DNA of 64,000 bases from a virus (taxonomy: Duplodnaviria; Caudoviricetes), in the IMG/VR virus record IMGVR_UViG_3300032246_000346, positions 1,823 through 65,822 of that record; one strand, 5' to 3'. Below the pieces are notes generated by a model that worked only from the letters and a program-made list of their open reading frames with translations, was not told where the DNA came from and made no database searches. Positions 55,609 to 64,000 of this stretch are shown piece after piece. Numbering within the stretch: position 1 is the stretch's first letter; each line of letters begins with the position of its first letter. Made by a program: the position numbers and the translations under genes.

Positions 55609-58215
55609 TTACTCCTTTTTACGTGGTTTAACTTCCTTTTTATTAGCTTGTTGTTCTGACATTGATGCTTGTTGAGCATGAGATAAACCGGCCATACCTG
55701 CTGCATGTACACGATCTAAATGTTGCTGTGTATGTCCTGCAAGTTTATCTATTGCATCAATACCTTGTTGATTCTCTTTATGTCCATGCTCTTTACGTCT
55801 AAACTCAGCTTCCATACCAATTTGAATACCTTTTTCAACTTGGCTTGCTTGTAGTTTTTGTTTATCCATAGTTACTTTAGAACCAATTTCAGCGCCTTTA
55901 ATCTTCTCATTAGATTCCATCTTAGCTTTTTCTAACTCAAGTCTTTGTTGTTCAAGTTGAATCTTAGCTTGTGATTCTTGTGCTTTAATCTGAACTTCTT
56001 GTTGTTTAATTTGAATTTCAGCTTGTTGCATTTGAATCAATGGATCTTGAGCTTGTTGTTGAGCTTGTTGTTGTTGAGCTTCTGCTTGGTTCTTTTGTAA
56101 TAGTTGTTGTGCTGCTTGAGCAATAAGTTTAGATAATTCAACTTCTAACTCAGGAGCTAACTCATCTTTCTCACTAGGTAATGATGTACCTAATTGATCT
56201 TGGATTTGTTTTCTATATTCAAAAGCTAAGTGCTCATTAATATGTGCCATAGCTGCAGCTTGAATCATCTGAGCTTGTGGATTTTGACTCATCATTTGCA
56301 TTAACTTAGGGTCTTGCATAGCTGCCATATGAACACCAATATGTGCTTGATGATCTTGATGAATAAACGCTTTAACAGGTTTACCATTAATAATAGCCAT
56401 ATTTTCTGTTACAGGATCTTTTGGTTTTTGATCTTCTGCAGCTGGTATTAACTTACCAATATTCTTAACACCTAATACTTCTAGCATTTGTTTGTTAAGT
56501 TCTACTTGATCGTAGATTTGTGGTGATTGTGCTGCCATTTGCATAACAGCTTGATACTGAACAACTTTTTGTGACATTGTTGCAGCATTAGGATCAGATA
56601 CAGGAATAACTTCACAACAATCATAATCAGATTTTTTAGCTTTTCTATCACCTACTTCTGGATCATAGTTATAATCTTCAGGTGTATAGTCTCTAATAAT
56701 TCCGGCTAATAATTTAAATTCTTGTTTCATTGCATAGTGTATGCGAGCCTGAACTGCTGACATAACCTTCAATGTTCTTTCAAGAATAGCTAGTGTTGTA
56801 CCTACTGGAGAGTTAGCAGACATATCAGATACTTTCATATCTGCAGCATTAGCAAATGCACGTCCTTCTTCAATAATCTTATCCATTAGCGCTGCTAATG
56901 TTTGACTAGGTTCTTTATATGGTAATGGTAAAATGTTATCTCGGATAGCACCTGATGGTACATCTACGTCTCTCCATTCACCTGGAGCAATAGGAGTGTC
57001 ATCACCTTTAATACGTAAGCCACGTGACTTCATACCACCTGGTAAATTAGATAATGTACCTGCATCTACTAACTGACGTAGGATCATTGTACCTGATTTA
57101 GCAAACGCACCTATTAAGTGAATTAAACCAAAGCAATAGAAACCAAAACCAGGAATGTAGCCATAGTGAACAAAGTGTTGACGTTTAGTCATACGTTCAT
57201 CTTCTGGGTCCCAGTTACGGCGAATAGATAATATAATGTTTGTGCCTCTTTCTAATGTAACTACATAAGGTAAGGCTATACCTGTTGGGTGTCCTTTTTC
57301 ATCTACATCTTCAAACCCTTCTAAATCTAGGTTGACATGCATCTCAAGGATTTTATATCTATCATCAGATGTAGCATTAAAGCCCATCTTTTCTGCAATC
57401 TTTTGTTCTACTTCATCTACATCATTAAGTGGTTCACCTAAATCTATATCTCTATAGAAGCCCCCTACTTGAAGTTTACGCATCTCATTTTTAGTCTTAC
57501 GCATCACATGAGTTACACGATCAGCTACTTCTAAACTTGATGCACCATATGGAACTACAATATCTTCAGCAGGTACAAATAGAGCTACTTGACGATCAAG
57601 TGCTGGATCAAAATATACTTTCTTGAACGCGTTACCAGCTAAACCTAGACCCCATAACATACGTTCATGTTCTGGACGATACTCAGGCATTTCTTCTGTT
57701 AACTGATAGTTCATATCATCTTTAACACGAAGTGCTGATTCTTCTTTTTCAGGAGTTTGCTTACCTATGATCTGAGTTTTAACAGGACCCATAGCTGGGA
57801 ACGTCTCCATCATAGTTTCTGCTTGGAATTTAACTAACGCTTCAGATAGTATCGGATGATATACGTTACATGCGCCTGGCCATGGTTCAGTTCTATCTTC
57901 TGTCTTTAGACCTAATAATTCTAGACCATCTACATAAGTATCTAGCCAATCTTTACGTGATGAAATATCCGCATCAAAGTCACCCATTAGTTCACCAGCT
58001 AGTTCAGCTAGTGCACCTTCATCCATGTGCTCAGCTAAGTTATCATTAAAGTCTTCTGATGTTTCTTTTTGATGGCCAATCTCAATCTCCATGCCGTCCA
58101 TACCAATATGCACTGATTCTGGATCTTCAATTTGAATCTCCATAGCCGGTGTTGTTTGTGCGGTCTGTTCCATGCCTAGTGGAGCTTGGTATAACCCTTT
58201 ATCTATATCTGCCAT
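55609..58215 (-). CDS. Portal protein
   Basis: 868 aa after terminase; PWPGAC.V.HP, G.AFKKVY, LRQLVDAGTL.NLP, Q-rich C-terminal barrel as in podovirus portals. Confidence 0.88.
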   Translation of the reverse strand: MADIDKGLYQAPLGMEQTAQTTPAMEIQIEDPESVHIGMDGMEIEIGHQKETSEDFNDNLAEHMDEGALAELAGELMGDFDADISSRKDWLDTYVDGLELLGLKTEDRTEPWPGACNVYHPILSEALVKFQAETMMETFPAMGPVKTQIIGKQTPEKEESALRVKDDMNYQLTEEMPEYRPEHERMLWGLGLAGNAFKKVYFDPALDRQVALFVPAEDIVVPYGASSLEVADRVTHVMRKTKNEMRKLQVGGFYRDIDLGEPLNDVDEVEQKIAEKMGFNATSDDRYKILEMHVNLDLEGFEDVDEKGHPTGIALPYVVTLERGTNIILSIRRNWDPEDERMTKRQHFVHYGYIPGFGFYCFGLIHLIGAFAKSGTMILRQLVDAGTLSNLPGGMKSRGLRIKGDDTPIAPGEWRDVDVPSGAIRDNILPLPYKEPSQTLAALMDKIIEEGRAFANAADMKVSDMSANSPVGTTLAILERTLKVMSAVQARIHYAMKQEFKLLAGIIRDYTPEDYNYDPEVGDRKAKKSDYDCCEVIPVSDPNAATMSQKVVQYQAVMQMAAQSPQIYDQVELNKQMLEVLGVKNIGKLIPAAEDQKPKDPVTENMAIINGKPVKAFIHQDHQAHIGVHMAAMQDPKLMQMMSQNPQAQMIQAAAMAHINEHLAFEYRKQIQDQLGTSLPSEKDELAPELEVELSKLIAQAAQQLLQKNQAEAQQQQAQQQAQDPLIQMQQAEIQIKQQEVQIKAQESQAKIQLEQQRLELEKAKMESNEKIKGAEIGSKVTMDKQKLQASQVEKGIQIGMEAEFRRKEHGHKENQQGIDAIDKLAGHTQQHLDRVHAAGMAGLSHAQQASMSEQQANKKEVKPRKKE

Positions 58216-58224
58216 ATGTATCCT

Positions 58225-58371
58225 TTATTTTAACCAGTACCTTGAGTTGCGTTTTATTAGTTTGTTAAGTCTTTCGTATCTTCTTTTGTCTTTATCAGAG
58301 CTTCTTCTTTTACTCATTGGAGCATCCCACATTAACTTCCCATTAAGCGTTTTGACTCTGTAAGTTATCAT
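58225..58371 (-). CDS. Small basic protein (48 aa)
   Basis: Manual translation MITYRVKTLNGKLMWDAPMSKRR...YWLK; ATGA overlap with the terL stop. Confidence 0.4.
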   Translation of the reverse strand: MITYRVKTLNGKLMWDAPMSKRRSSDKDKRRYERLNKLIKRNSRYWLK

Positions 58372-59912
58372 ACCATGTATAGTTTTTTTCTACTGCTCTT
58401 AAACCCATATACTTCATCAGGCTCATCATTAGGTAATCTAATGAACCCTCCTTGCCTAAAGCGCATGAGTGCCATAGTTGTTGAGTCCACTTGGTCATCA
58501 TTAGCGCCTGATGGAAAGTCATTACATTCTTCAATCAGTTCATGAGCCCAACGTTTATCTGGTGCCCATACAATTCCTGATCTAAACAAGTCTGCCACGG
58601 AGTTAACGCGGCTAATCTTGTCTTGTCCTTTTCCAGGAGTAAACTCTCCCACCGGAACGCCCATCCTTCTTAGCTCTTGGTATAAAGCCGCTCCGTTAGA
58701 TTTCTTTTCTACTATGAAAGCGTCGGGTTCCCACTCTTTGTACTCACGTAATACTAACTCTTTGAGCTCTGGAAACTCTAGCCGTTCCTTAATAGCATTT
58801 AGTAGTATTATATTATAATTATTGACTTCTTCGTTAAAAAAGACACCCCACGTAGTTAACGAATTGTAGTCAGCTCTATTATTAGCTTCTTGTGCAGCAT
58901 CGAGAGACATAATGGTAAACTCACAACTTGGTGGGACTTCGTGATCCCATATCTTCCACCACTCTCTTTTTATCAGAGCTCCCTCTTCCGAAACTGGGTT
59001 TTGGAGGTATTGAGCATTCCAATAACGTACATCTAGTGCAGCCTTCTTAGCTCTTAATTCTTCGAGCGGCCAAAACTCTGGCCATAAACTTTTCTCTTCT
59101 CCGGTCTTTTTATCTTCGATAATTGCTGGAAATTCAACAACTTCCCAATCATCTACCCCGTCTTGCTTAACCATTTGGTTAACTATTTGTCCGGTCAAAT
59201 CTAACTTTGACCATCTAGTCATTACTACAATGATCGCTCCACCAGGCATAAGACGCTGAATAGGACCAGACTGAAACCACTCCCAAGCAGGTAGAAAAAC
59301 ATCCGCTCGTCCAAGCTTGGCGTCTTGCTCTGAATGAGGATCGTCAATAATAAAAAGATCAGCGCCCCGACCAGCAAGAGCACCCCCCACACCGATAGCA
59401 AAGTACTCGCCATTGTGATTAGTACCCCATCGTGATGCACTTTTACTATCCGCCTGTAATGTTACTTCTGGAAATACGTCTTTATACGCGTCACTACCCA
59501 CAAGATTACGGACGCGACGGCCAAAATTAACTGCAAGATCAGCTGTGTGAGATGCCATAATGATTTTTTTGTGTGGGTACTTACCCAGAAACCACGCTGG
59601 CGCCAAGTAAGAGATAAGCTCAGATTTTCCATGTCTTGGTGCAATATTGACGATAACGCGTTTCTTTTTTCCATTAGCAATGTCTTCAAAAATTTGAGCC
59701 AAGTGTTTATGATGGGCACCAACTTTATATCCGGGATATACATGATCTATAAACTCCAAAAATGTTTCTTGTCTTTTCTCAACTGTCTGAGTTTTTTCTA
59801 ACTCTTCTAGTTCTAATAGTAATTGCTTCTGCTCATTGGCAGGTAATAACGATATATTAGCTAAAGCTTTATCTATATCAGCATCGCTGAATCCTGCTAT
59901 ATCAATTGCCAT
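58368..59912 (-). CDS. terL: Terminase large subunit
   Basis: APRHGKS, IIDDP, MTRW, YLQ.P; nuclease SLD...DY...E.KSNG...DDQVD. Confidence 0.95.
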   Translation of the reverse strand: MAIDIAGFSDADIDKALANISLLPANEQKQLLLELEELEKTQTVEKRQETFLEFIDHVYPGYKVGAHHKHLAQIFEDIANGKKKRVIVNIAPRHGKSELISYLAPAWFLGKYPHKKIIMASHTADLAVNFGRRVRNLVGSDAYKDVFPEVTLQADSKSASRWGTNHNGEYFAIGVGGALAGRGADLFIIDDPHSEQDAKLGRADVFLPAWEWFQSGPIQRLMPGGAIIVVMTRWSKLDLTGQIVNQMVKQDGVDDWEVVEFPAIIEDKKTGEEKSLWPEFWPLEELRAKKAALDVRYWNAQYLQNPVSEEGALIKREWWKIWDHEVPPSCEFTIMSLDAAQEANNRADYNSLTTWGVFFNEEVNNYNIILLNAIKERLEFPELKELVLREYKEWEPDAFIVEKKSNGAALYQELRRMGVPVGEFTPGKGQDKISRVNSVADLFRSGIVWAPDKRWAHELIEECNDFPSGANDDQVDSTTMALMRFRQGGFIRLPNDEPDEVYGFKSSRKKLYMV

Positions 59913-59913
59913 A

Positions 59914-60495
59914 CTATATATCTGGTGTTACATCTTTAGCTTCAACAACTTCAAAGGTAGTATCTATAACTGCAGTCTTTCCTAAGATTTTGTAAAGCTT
60001 TGATTTAATTTGTGTTTCTAAATCCTCAGGACTTAAATGTTTAACTGTAATTTCTGTCTTCTCTGAGAATAAACCTACGTCACTTATCTTACCTAATAGC
60101 TCTAATGCTTTTAATCTATGTCTAGCATCGGTATGACCTGCATCTTCTATTAGTTTATTAGTAACAAACCTTCTTAACTGCACAGCTTCATCAACAACTT
60201 GATGGTCGTAGTCAGATAACATCGCTAATAGATGCTGAACTGTAGCTGGAGTATTCAATGCTTTGTTAGTTGCTGCATTTAATGGTGCAGTAATGTCAGG
60301 ATTAGTAACTGTTTCAAATATTTCTGCGGCTTTTATCTTTTCTGCAGTAGAAACTGGGATTTCTGCCCCTGCATCAAGCAAAACTTTAGCAGTAGCGGCT
60401 GAAACTTTGACTTTGGAATCTAAAGTTGTGGGTTCTTCCGACTCAAAATCGTCAGGAAGGGGCTTATTAGTATCAGGTATGATCTTTATGGCCAT
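59914..60495 (-). CDS. terS: Terminase small subunit (putative)
   Basis: Directly upstream of terL; RLKALELLGK...VGLF motif. Confidence 0.7.
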   Translation of the reverse strand: MAIKIIPDTNKPLPDDFESEEPTTLDSKVKVSAATAKVLLDAGAEIPVSTAEKIKAAEIFETVTNPDITAPLNAATNKALNTPATVQHLLAMLSDYDHQVVDEAVQLRRFVTNKLIEDAGHTDARHRLKALELLGKISDVGLFSEKTEITVKHLSPEDLETQIKSKLYKILGKTAVIDTTFEVVEAKDVTPDI

Positions 60496-60671
60496 AAAAT
60501 GTCGCTGTTTACATCCTAGAAATTATTTTTGCAGCTATTGGGCGCAATATATACCAAAATATTATATAAATCAAGTGTTTTTTGAGTATAATGAACACAT
60601 GAAAGATCTAGTCGCCATTACAATTTCTGGAATACTACTCTACTGGGTCATGATATGGCCTGATCCCTCAT

Positions 60672-61016
60672 ATGCCTACTACCTTATCTAAGAAAAACCT
60701 AGAGATTCTTTATAATATGGCATGTCAAATGGCACCATTTAATAAACTTCCTATGCCTAAATCATCTAAAGTTAAGTTCAAAGTAATAAAGAACCCTAAT
60801 ATCTATGGTTGTTTTGATGAAATAGAAATGGAAATACAAATAAGTTCTAATGCCTGTGGTCATTTCACCACTATATTCCAAACCTTGCTTCATGAAATGG
60901 TACATCTTGCCTTATATGTCAGAGGTGATAAAGACTTCCATGAGCACGGAGCTAAGTTCCTTCGCATTAAAAACGTCTACTCGGAGTTATATAACTTCGA
61001 TCCCAAAGCAATCTAG
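60672..61016 (+). CDS. SprT-like zinc metalloprotease
   Basis: TLLHEMVH...H..HG..F. Confidence 0.8.
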   Translation: MPTTLSKKNLEILYNMACQMAPFNKLPMPKSSKVKFKVIKNPNIYGCFDEIEMEIQISSNACGHFTTIFQTLLHEMVHLALYVRGDKDFHEHGAKFLRIKNVYSELYNFDPKAI

Positions 61017-61333
61017 GCGGTTAAGCCACCATCAGAGGATGTAGTAAGTTAGGAGTTTTGTGGCTTTCTGCCTAACATGCAATAACTACCAAATCTGCGC
61101 CTACCCTATATATCACTTTTTTCGTTTTAATTTCCTGTAAGTCCCTGATTTTTTTAAATTTTTTATAAAAATTTTTTTGAAATGCCTTTTATTTAAGTGA
61201 CGGGGGGTGTTTCCTATATCGATTTTATAAATATATCCTATTATTTGTGCAAGTCTCACTGTAGCCGCGTGTGTGAGAGGCTCATTTTAAAAATGGGGGA
61301 TACTATATATGGGGGGGTTATGGTGCTAAAAAG

Positions 61334-61361
61334 TTGACATTGTCAGCTATTCATGTATAAT
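61334..61361 (+). promoter_or_regulatory. Strong sigma70 early promoter
   Basis: TTGACA, 16 nt spacer, TATAAT. Confidence 0.8.
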
Positions 61362-61399
61362 AAGCGTATGGATTGAAACTAATCAATTCATAACAGAGG

Positions 61400-61427
61400 G
61401 ACAAAGTTACAAAATAGTAAGATTGTC
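61400..61427. repeat. 28-bp palindromic motif, copy 5
   Basis: GACAAAGTTAC AAAATA GTAAGATTGTC (extends to GGGACA...TGTCCC). Confidence 0.85.
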
Positions 61428-61460
61428 CCATAATTAAAAACTTAAACGAGGATACAAAAA

Positions 61461-62081
61461 ATGTCACAAGAAAATAAAAATGTTAACGAGTTAGAATTAT
61501 CAGCTGGACAAGTAGAACAATTAGACAATATCACAAGCGCGATTGAAAGCGTTATTGATATGGATAATATCTACACTAAAGACCGAGCAAGTTTAGTTGA
61601 CCATGTATTAAAATTGGTTGCTGAATTATTAGGAATTAAACCTAGTTATGCTTTGTGGTTAAAAGTCCATGCTTACTTAAGAACGGCTATTTGCAAAGCG
61701 CGTGGTATGTCTGATGATAGCTTTGAAACTCATATTTGGAATATGATTACAACGCGCCTTGAAAAAGATTTTGCGCTAGTTAAGCCTTCAAGCGAAAATC
61801 CTGAGAGCATTAAAAAGCAAGAACAGCGCAAAGCAAAACAAGCCGAGTTAGACGCGCTAACCGATGCCGAACTTGAGGCAAAGGGTTTTCACAAAGAGTT
61901 AGGCGCAAGAAAAGAAAAGCGCGATAAAAACGAAAAAGAATTAATCAAAAAAGCGCATGATAAATTCGTCAAAGATTTTAGCGATAACATGAAAGAGTTA
62001 GCAAAAACCGAGTATGATTTTGCTATGTATCTTTCTAAAAACCTTGACGCTATTAAAAAGCAATTCAATAGCAAAAAATAA
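61461..62081 (+). CDS. Monocistronic early protein, unknown function
   Basis: 206 aa, GAGG RBS, own promoter and terminator. Confidence 0.8.
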   Translation: MSQENKNVNELELSAGQVEQLDNITSAIESVIDMDNIYTKDRASLVDHVLKLVAELLGIKPSYALWLKVHAYLRTAICKARGMSDDSFETHIWNMITTRLEKDFALVKPSSENPESIKKQEQRKAKQAELDALTDAELEAKGFHKELGARKEKRDKNEKELIKKAHDKFVKDFSDNMKELAKTEYDFAMYLSKNLDAIKKQFNSKK

Positions 62082-62101
62082 CTAAGTTAACTTAGTTAAC
62101 T

Positions 62102-62131
62102 AAGCCCTGTATTTATACAGGGCTTTTTTTT
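62102..62131 (+). terminator. Rho-independent terminator
   Basis: AGCCCTGTA-TTTA-TACAGGGCT plus T-run. Confidence 0.9.
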
Positions 62132-62213
62132 GTCCAGACATTTCGTCACAAAGTCACTTTGTGACCGTCCCTAAATAGTAAGTGAGTGAGGATAACTAAG
62201 TTAACTTCGTGAG

Positions 62214-62241
62214 GACATTTCTACCATTTGGTAAGGTTGTC
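62214..62241. repeat. 28-bp palindromic motif, copy 6
   Basis: GACATTTCTAC CATTTG GTAAGGTTGTC. Confidence 0.85.
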
Positions 62242-62264
62242 CAAACTTGACATTGTCAGAACCA

Positions 62265-62755
62265 ATTTTACAAGCAATCGTTGTAATTTTACAAGCCCTG
62301 TAAAAAAATAATATAATCAATGACTTACAAACTTTACATTGTCCAACCTATGTAAAATTACTGCAAAATCAATGACTTAGAAATGCATGGTTAAAAATAC
62401 AAAATCCTTATAAATCAATAACTTAGTATAATTTTACAATTTTACAAGGTTTTCTCAAAATCGTTTCGCCAGAAAAATTTAGTTAGCTTTGTTAACTTTG
62501 TGTTTATCCATTTTTTATTTCGTGGTGCTTCGTTCGTCCAGACGCGCAAGTGCCGATTTCTGTGTAAAATTGTAAAATTACTGAATAATCAATGACTTAT
62601 GATGTAAAATTTACATGGACAATGTAAAGACTTCTGTAAAATTACTGAATAATCAATGACTTATGTTGTAAAATTTACAATAAAACATGTAGCCACAAAG
62701 TTAACAAAGTTAACAAAATCAATGACTTAGTAATTTTACATGACAATGTAAAGAG
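62265..62755. repeat. Non-coding array of six IHF-consensus sites with TGTAAAAT/ATTTTACA repeats
   Basis: AATCAATGACTTA at 62315, 62367, 62587, 62651, 62717 and AATCAATAACTTA at 62413 (WATCAA-N4-TTR); 45-bp direct repeat 62571-62615 / 62635-62679. Confidence 0.85.
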
Positions 62756-62836
62756 TCAAGACAAATCTAGACAAAGTCCACCTCTGACCGTCCCTCCCGA
62801 GAAGTCGGTGAGGCTAAAATATTTTAGGACAACAAC

Positions 62837-62865
62837 TTGACATTGTTAACTTAGTGTGCTATACT
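62837..62865 (+). promoter_or_regulatory. Sigma70 early promoter
   Basis: TTGACA, 17 nt spacer, TG-C-TATACT. Confidence 0.85.
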
Positions 62866-62904
62866 TTTAAAACTACATAAACAAATGTGTAGTTTTATTA
62901 ATCC

Positions 62905-62932
62905 GACAATCCTACCGATTGGTAAGATTGTC
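62905..62932. repeat. 28-bp palindromic motif, copy 7
   Basis: GACAATCCTAC CGATTG GTAAGATTGTC. Confidence 0.9.
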
Positions 62933-62948
62933 CACTTTGGAGGTTATT

Positions 62949-63299
62949 ATGAACAAGAAAGAAAAACATCAATACATCATTGATAAGCAAAAATGGATTG
63001 CAAAGCAGAATGATGAAGCCGAGTTTATATGGGGTCACTTCTTTAAATACTGCAAGGCGTTTTATGCAGAAGGTGGTGTTTATGGTGATGAGGTTCATGC
63101 ATCAGACTTTGAATTAGAAGTTGCCATCTGTGATGTATTAGATAGGTTTGACCATGAGTTTGAGGGCGATAGTTATGACAGGGAATTGGTAAGGCATTAT
63201 ATAGAACAGAACAGAGCCGAGGATAATGCAAGGTTAATATTCAGAGCCGTTCATCAATCAATGGAACATGACTTAATTAAAGAGAAGGAGTTAGTATGA
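62949..63299 (+). CDS. Hypothetical early protein
   Basis: ATG after GGAGG; FY..GG.Y...FEGDS.DRE.VR. Confidence 0.7.
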   Translation: MNKKEKHQYIIDKQKWIAKQNDEAEFIWGHFFKYCKAFYAEGGVYGDEVHASDFELEVAICDVLDRFDHEFEGDSYDRELVRHYIEQNRAEDNARLIFRAVHQSMEHDLIKEKELV

Positions 63300-63399
63300 G
63301 TGATATTACTTATTTAGCAATACAGGCAGTTATACTTATATGTTATGGCAGTTGGATTGCCTATCGTGTAGGTAAGATACATGGTCGCAGAGAGATGGA

Positions 63400-63427
63400 G
63401 ACAAACTTACCAAGTAGTAGGAATGTC
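63400..63427. repeat. 28-bp palindromic motif, copy 8
   Basis: GACAAACTTAC CAAGTA GTAGGAATGTC. Confidence 0.9.
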
Positions 63428-63464
63428 TCAAATCATTATTTAAACTTAAAGAAGGGAAAGTAAA

Positions 63465-63719
63465 ATGGAACAGAACATCAACATGGTTCACAAAGTTAAC
63501 GAAGCTAACCACACCTACCGAGATATGCGTATGAAAGCAAGTAAGCGAATTAACAAACGCGCTAGTCTTTATGAGATAGAAAGACGCAGACAAGAACTTG
63601 AAATTCAGAAGTCACTAGGTGTGGAAAGTTATTTCGGTGACAATGAAACATTAATTTGGGGCGTGATTACGGCAGTATTTTACGCAGTCTTAGCTTACTA
63701 TTTATGGGTGTCACTATGA
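63465..63719 (+). CDS. Early protein with C-terminal TM helix
   Basis: 84 aa; hydrophobic C-terminus. Confidence 0.65.
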   Translation: MEQNINMVHKVNEANHTYRDMRMKASKRINKRASLYEIERRRQELEIQKSLGVESYFGDNETLIWGVITAVFYAVLAYYLWVSL

Positions 63720-64000
63720 AAGATAAACTATATAAACTAGCATACATGCTATTTCATTTCATGATAGGTCTAGGCATATTCTTTTTAATATGTTTCTTTG
63801 GGGCTATGTTAATACTATGAGAAAAGACCAAATCAGAGAGTATGTGGCTAATCAGCTAAAGAACTATCGCGTCAGAGATTTACTTGAGGTGATGGACGAT
63901 GGCGAGATAGCCTCACTCTATCAGCAGATAACAAAGACTAAGTCTTGGGAAACTGAGCGCAGACTTATTGATTATGCAGTCATGGAGTTAGATAAGTTTA

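Noticed and set aside
62265-62755. Repeat array as a mini-CRISPR or tRNA cluster
   Set aside because: The repeat core is only 13 bp, spacing is irregular, the intervening sequences are themselves repetitive, and no cloverleaf is evident
1177-63427. 28-bp palindromes as CRISPR repeats
   Set aside because: Copies are dispersed hundreds to thousands of bp apart with genes between them, are degenerate, and have no regular spacers or cas operon
1-64000. Stop-codon reassignment
   Set aside because: Core genes are full length and densely packed under the standard code; TAA, TAG and TGA all act as stops

Overview
This window appears to hold most of a circularly permuted, AT-rich tailed-phage genome. 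It is podovirus-like: terminase, portal, scaffold, major capsid, tail-tube-like and internal virion proteins are present, and no tape-measure gene is evident. The + strand carries the early/accessory genes (61.4-64 kb, apparently continuing into 1-8.4 kb) and the replication genes (8.4-19.2 kb: PolA, PD-(D/E)XK exonuclease, SNF2 helicase, primase-DUF927). The - strand carries morphogenesis and lysis genes (19.2-60.5 kb). Several signals are missing from the ORF track. (1) A 25-aa pqqA (PQQ precursor peptide) forms its own transcription unit right behind the major capsid gene, pointing to a Methylophilaceae-like host. (2) Eight copies of an exactly 28-bp 11-6-11 imperfect palindrome (GACA-N4-TAC-N6-GTA-N4-TGTC) are confined to the early region; three lie 39-40 nt downstream of a sigma70 -10 box and most lie just before an RBS. 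(3) A non-coding array of six co-oriented IHF-consensus sites with 45-bp repeats. (4) Pseudoknot-like leaders in front of three genes. (5) Small virion-region proteins share a C-terminal G-x-AIRGKT(K/R)G(R/K)IV tag and hydrophobic-x-x-GG motifs. All family assignments come from motif recognition by eye; no database searches were run.
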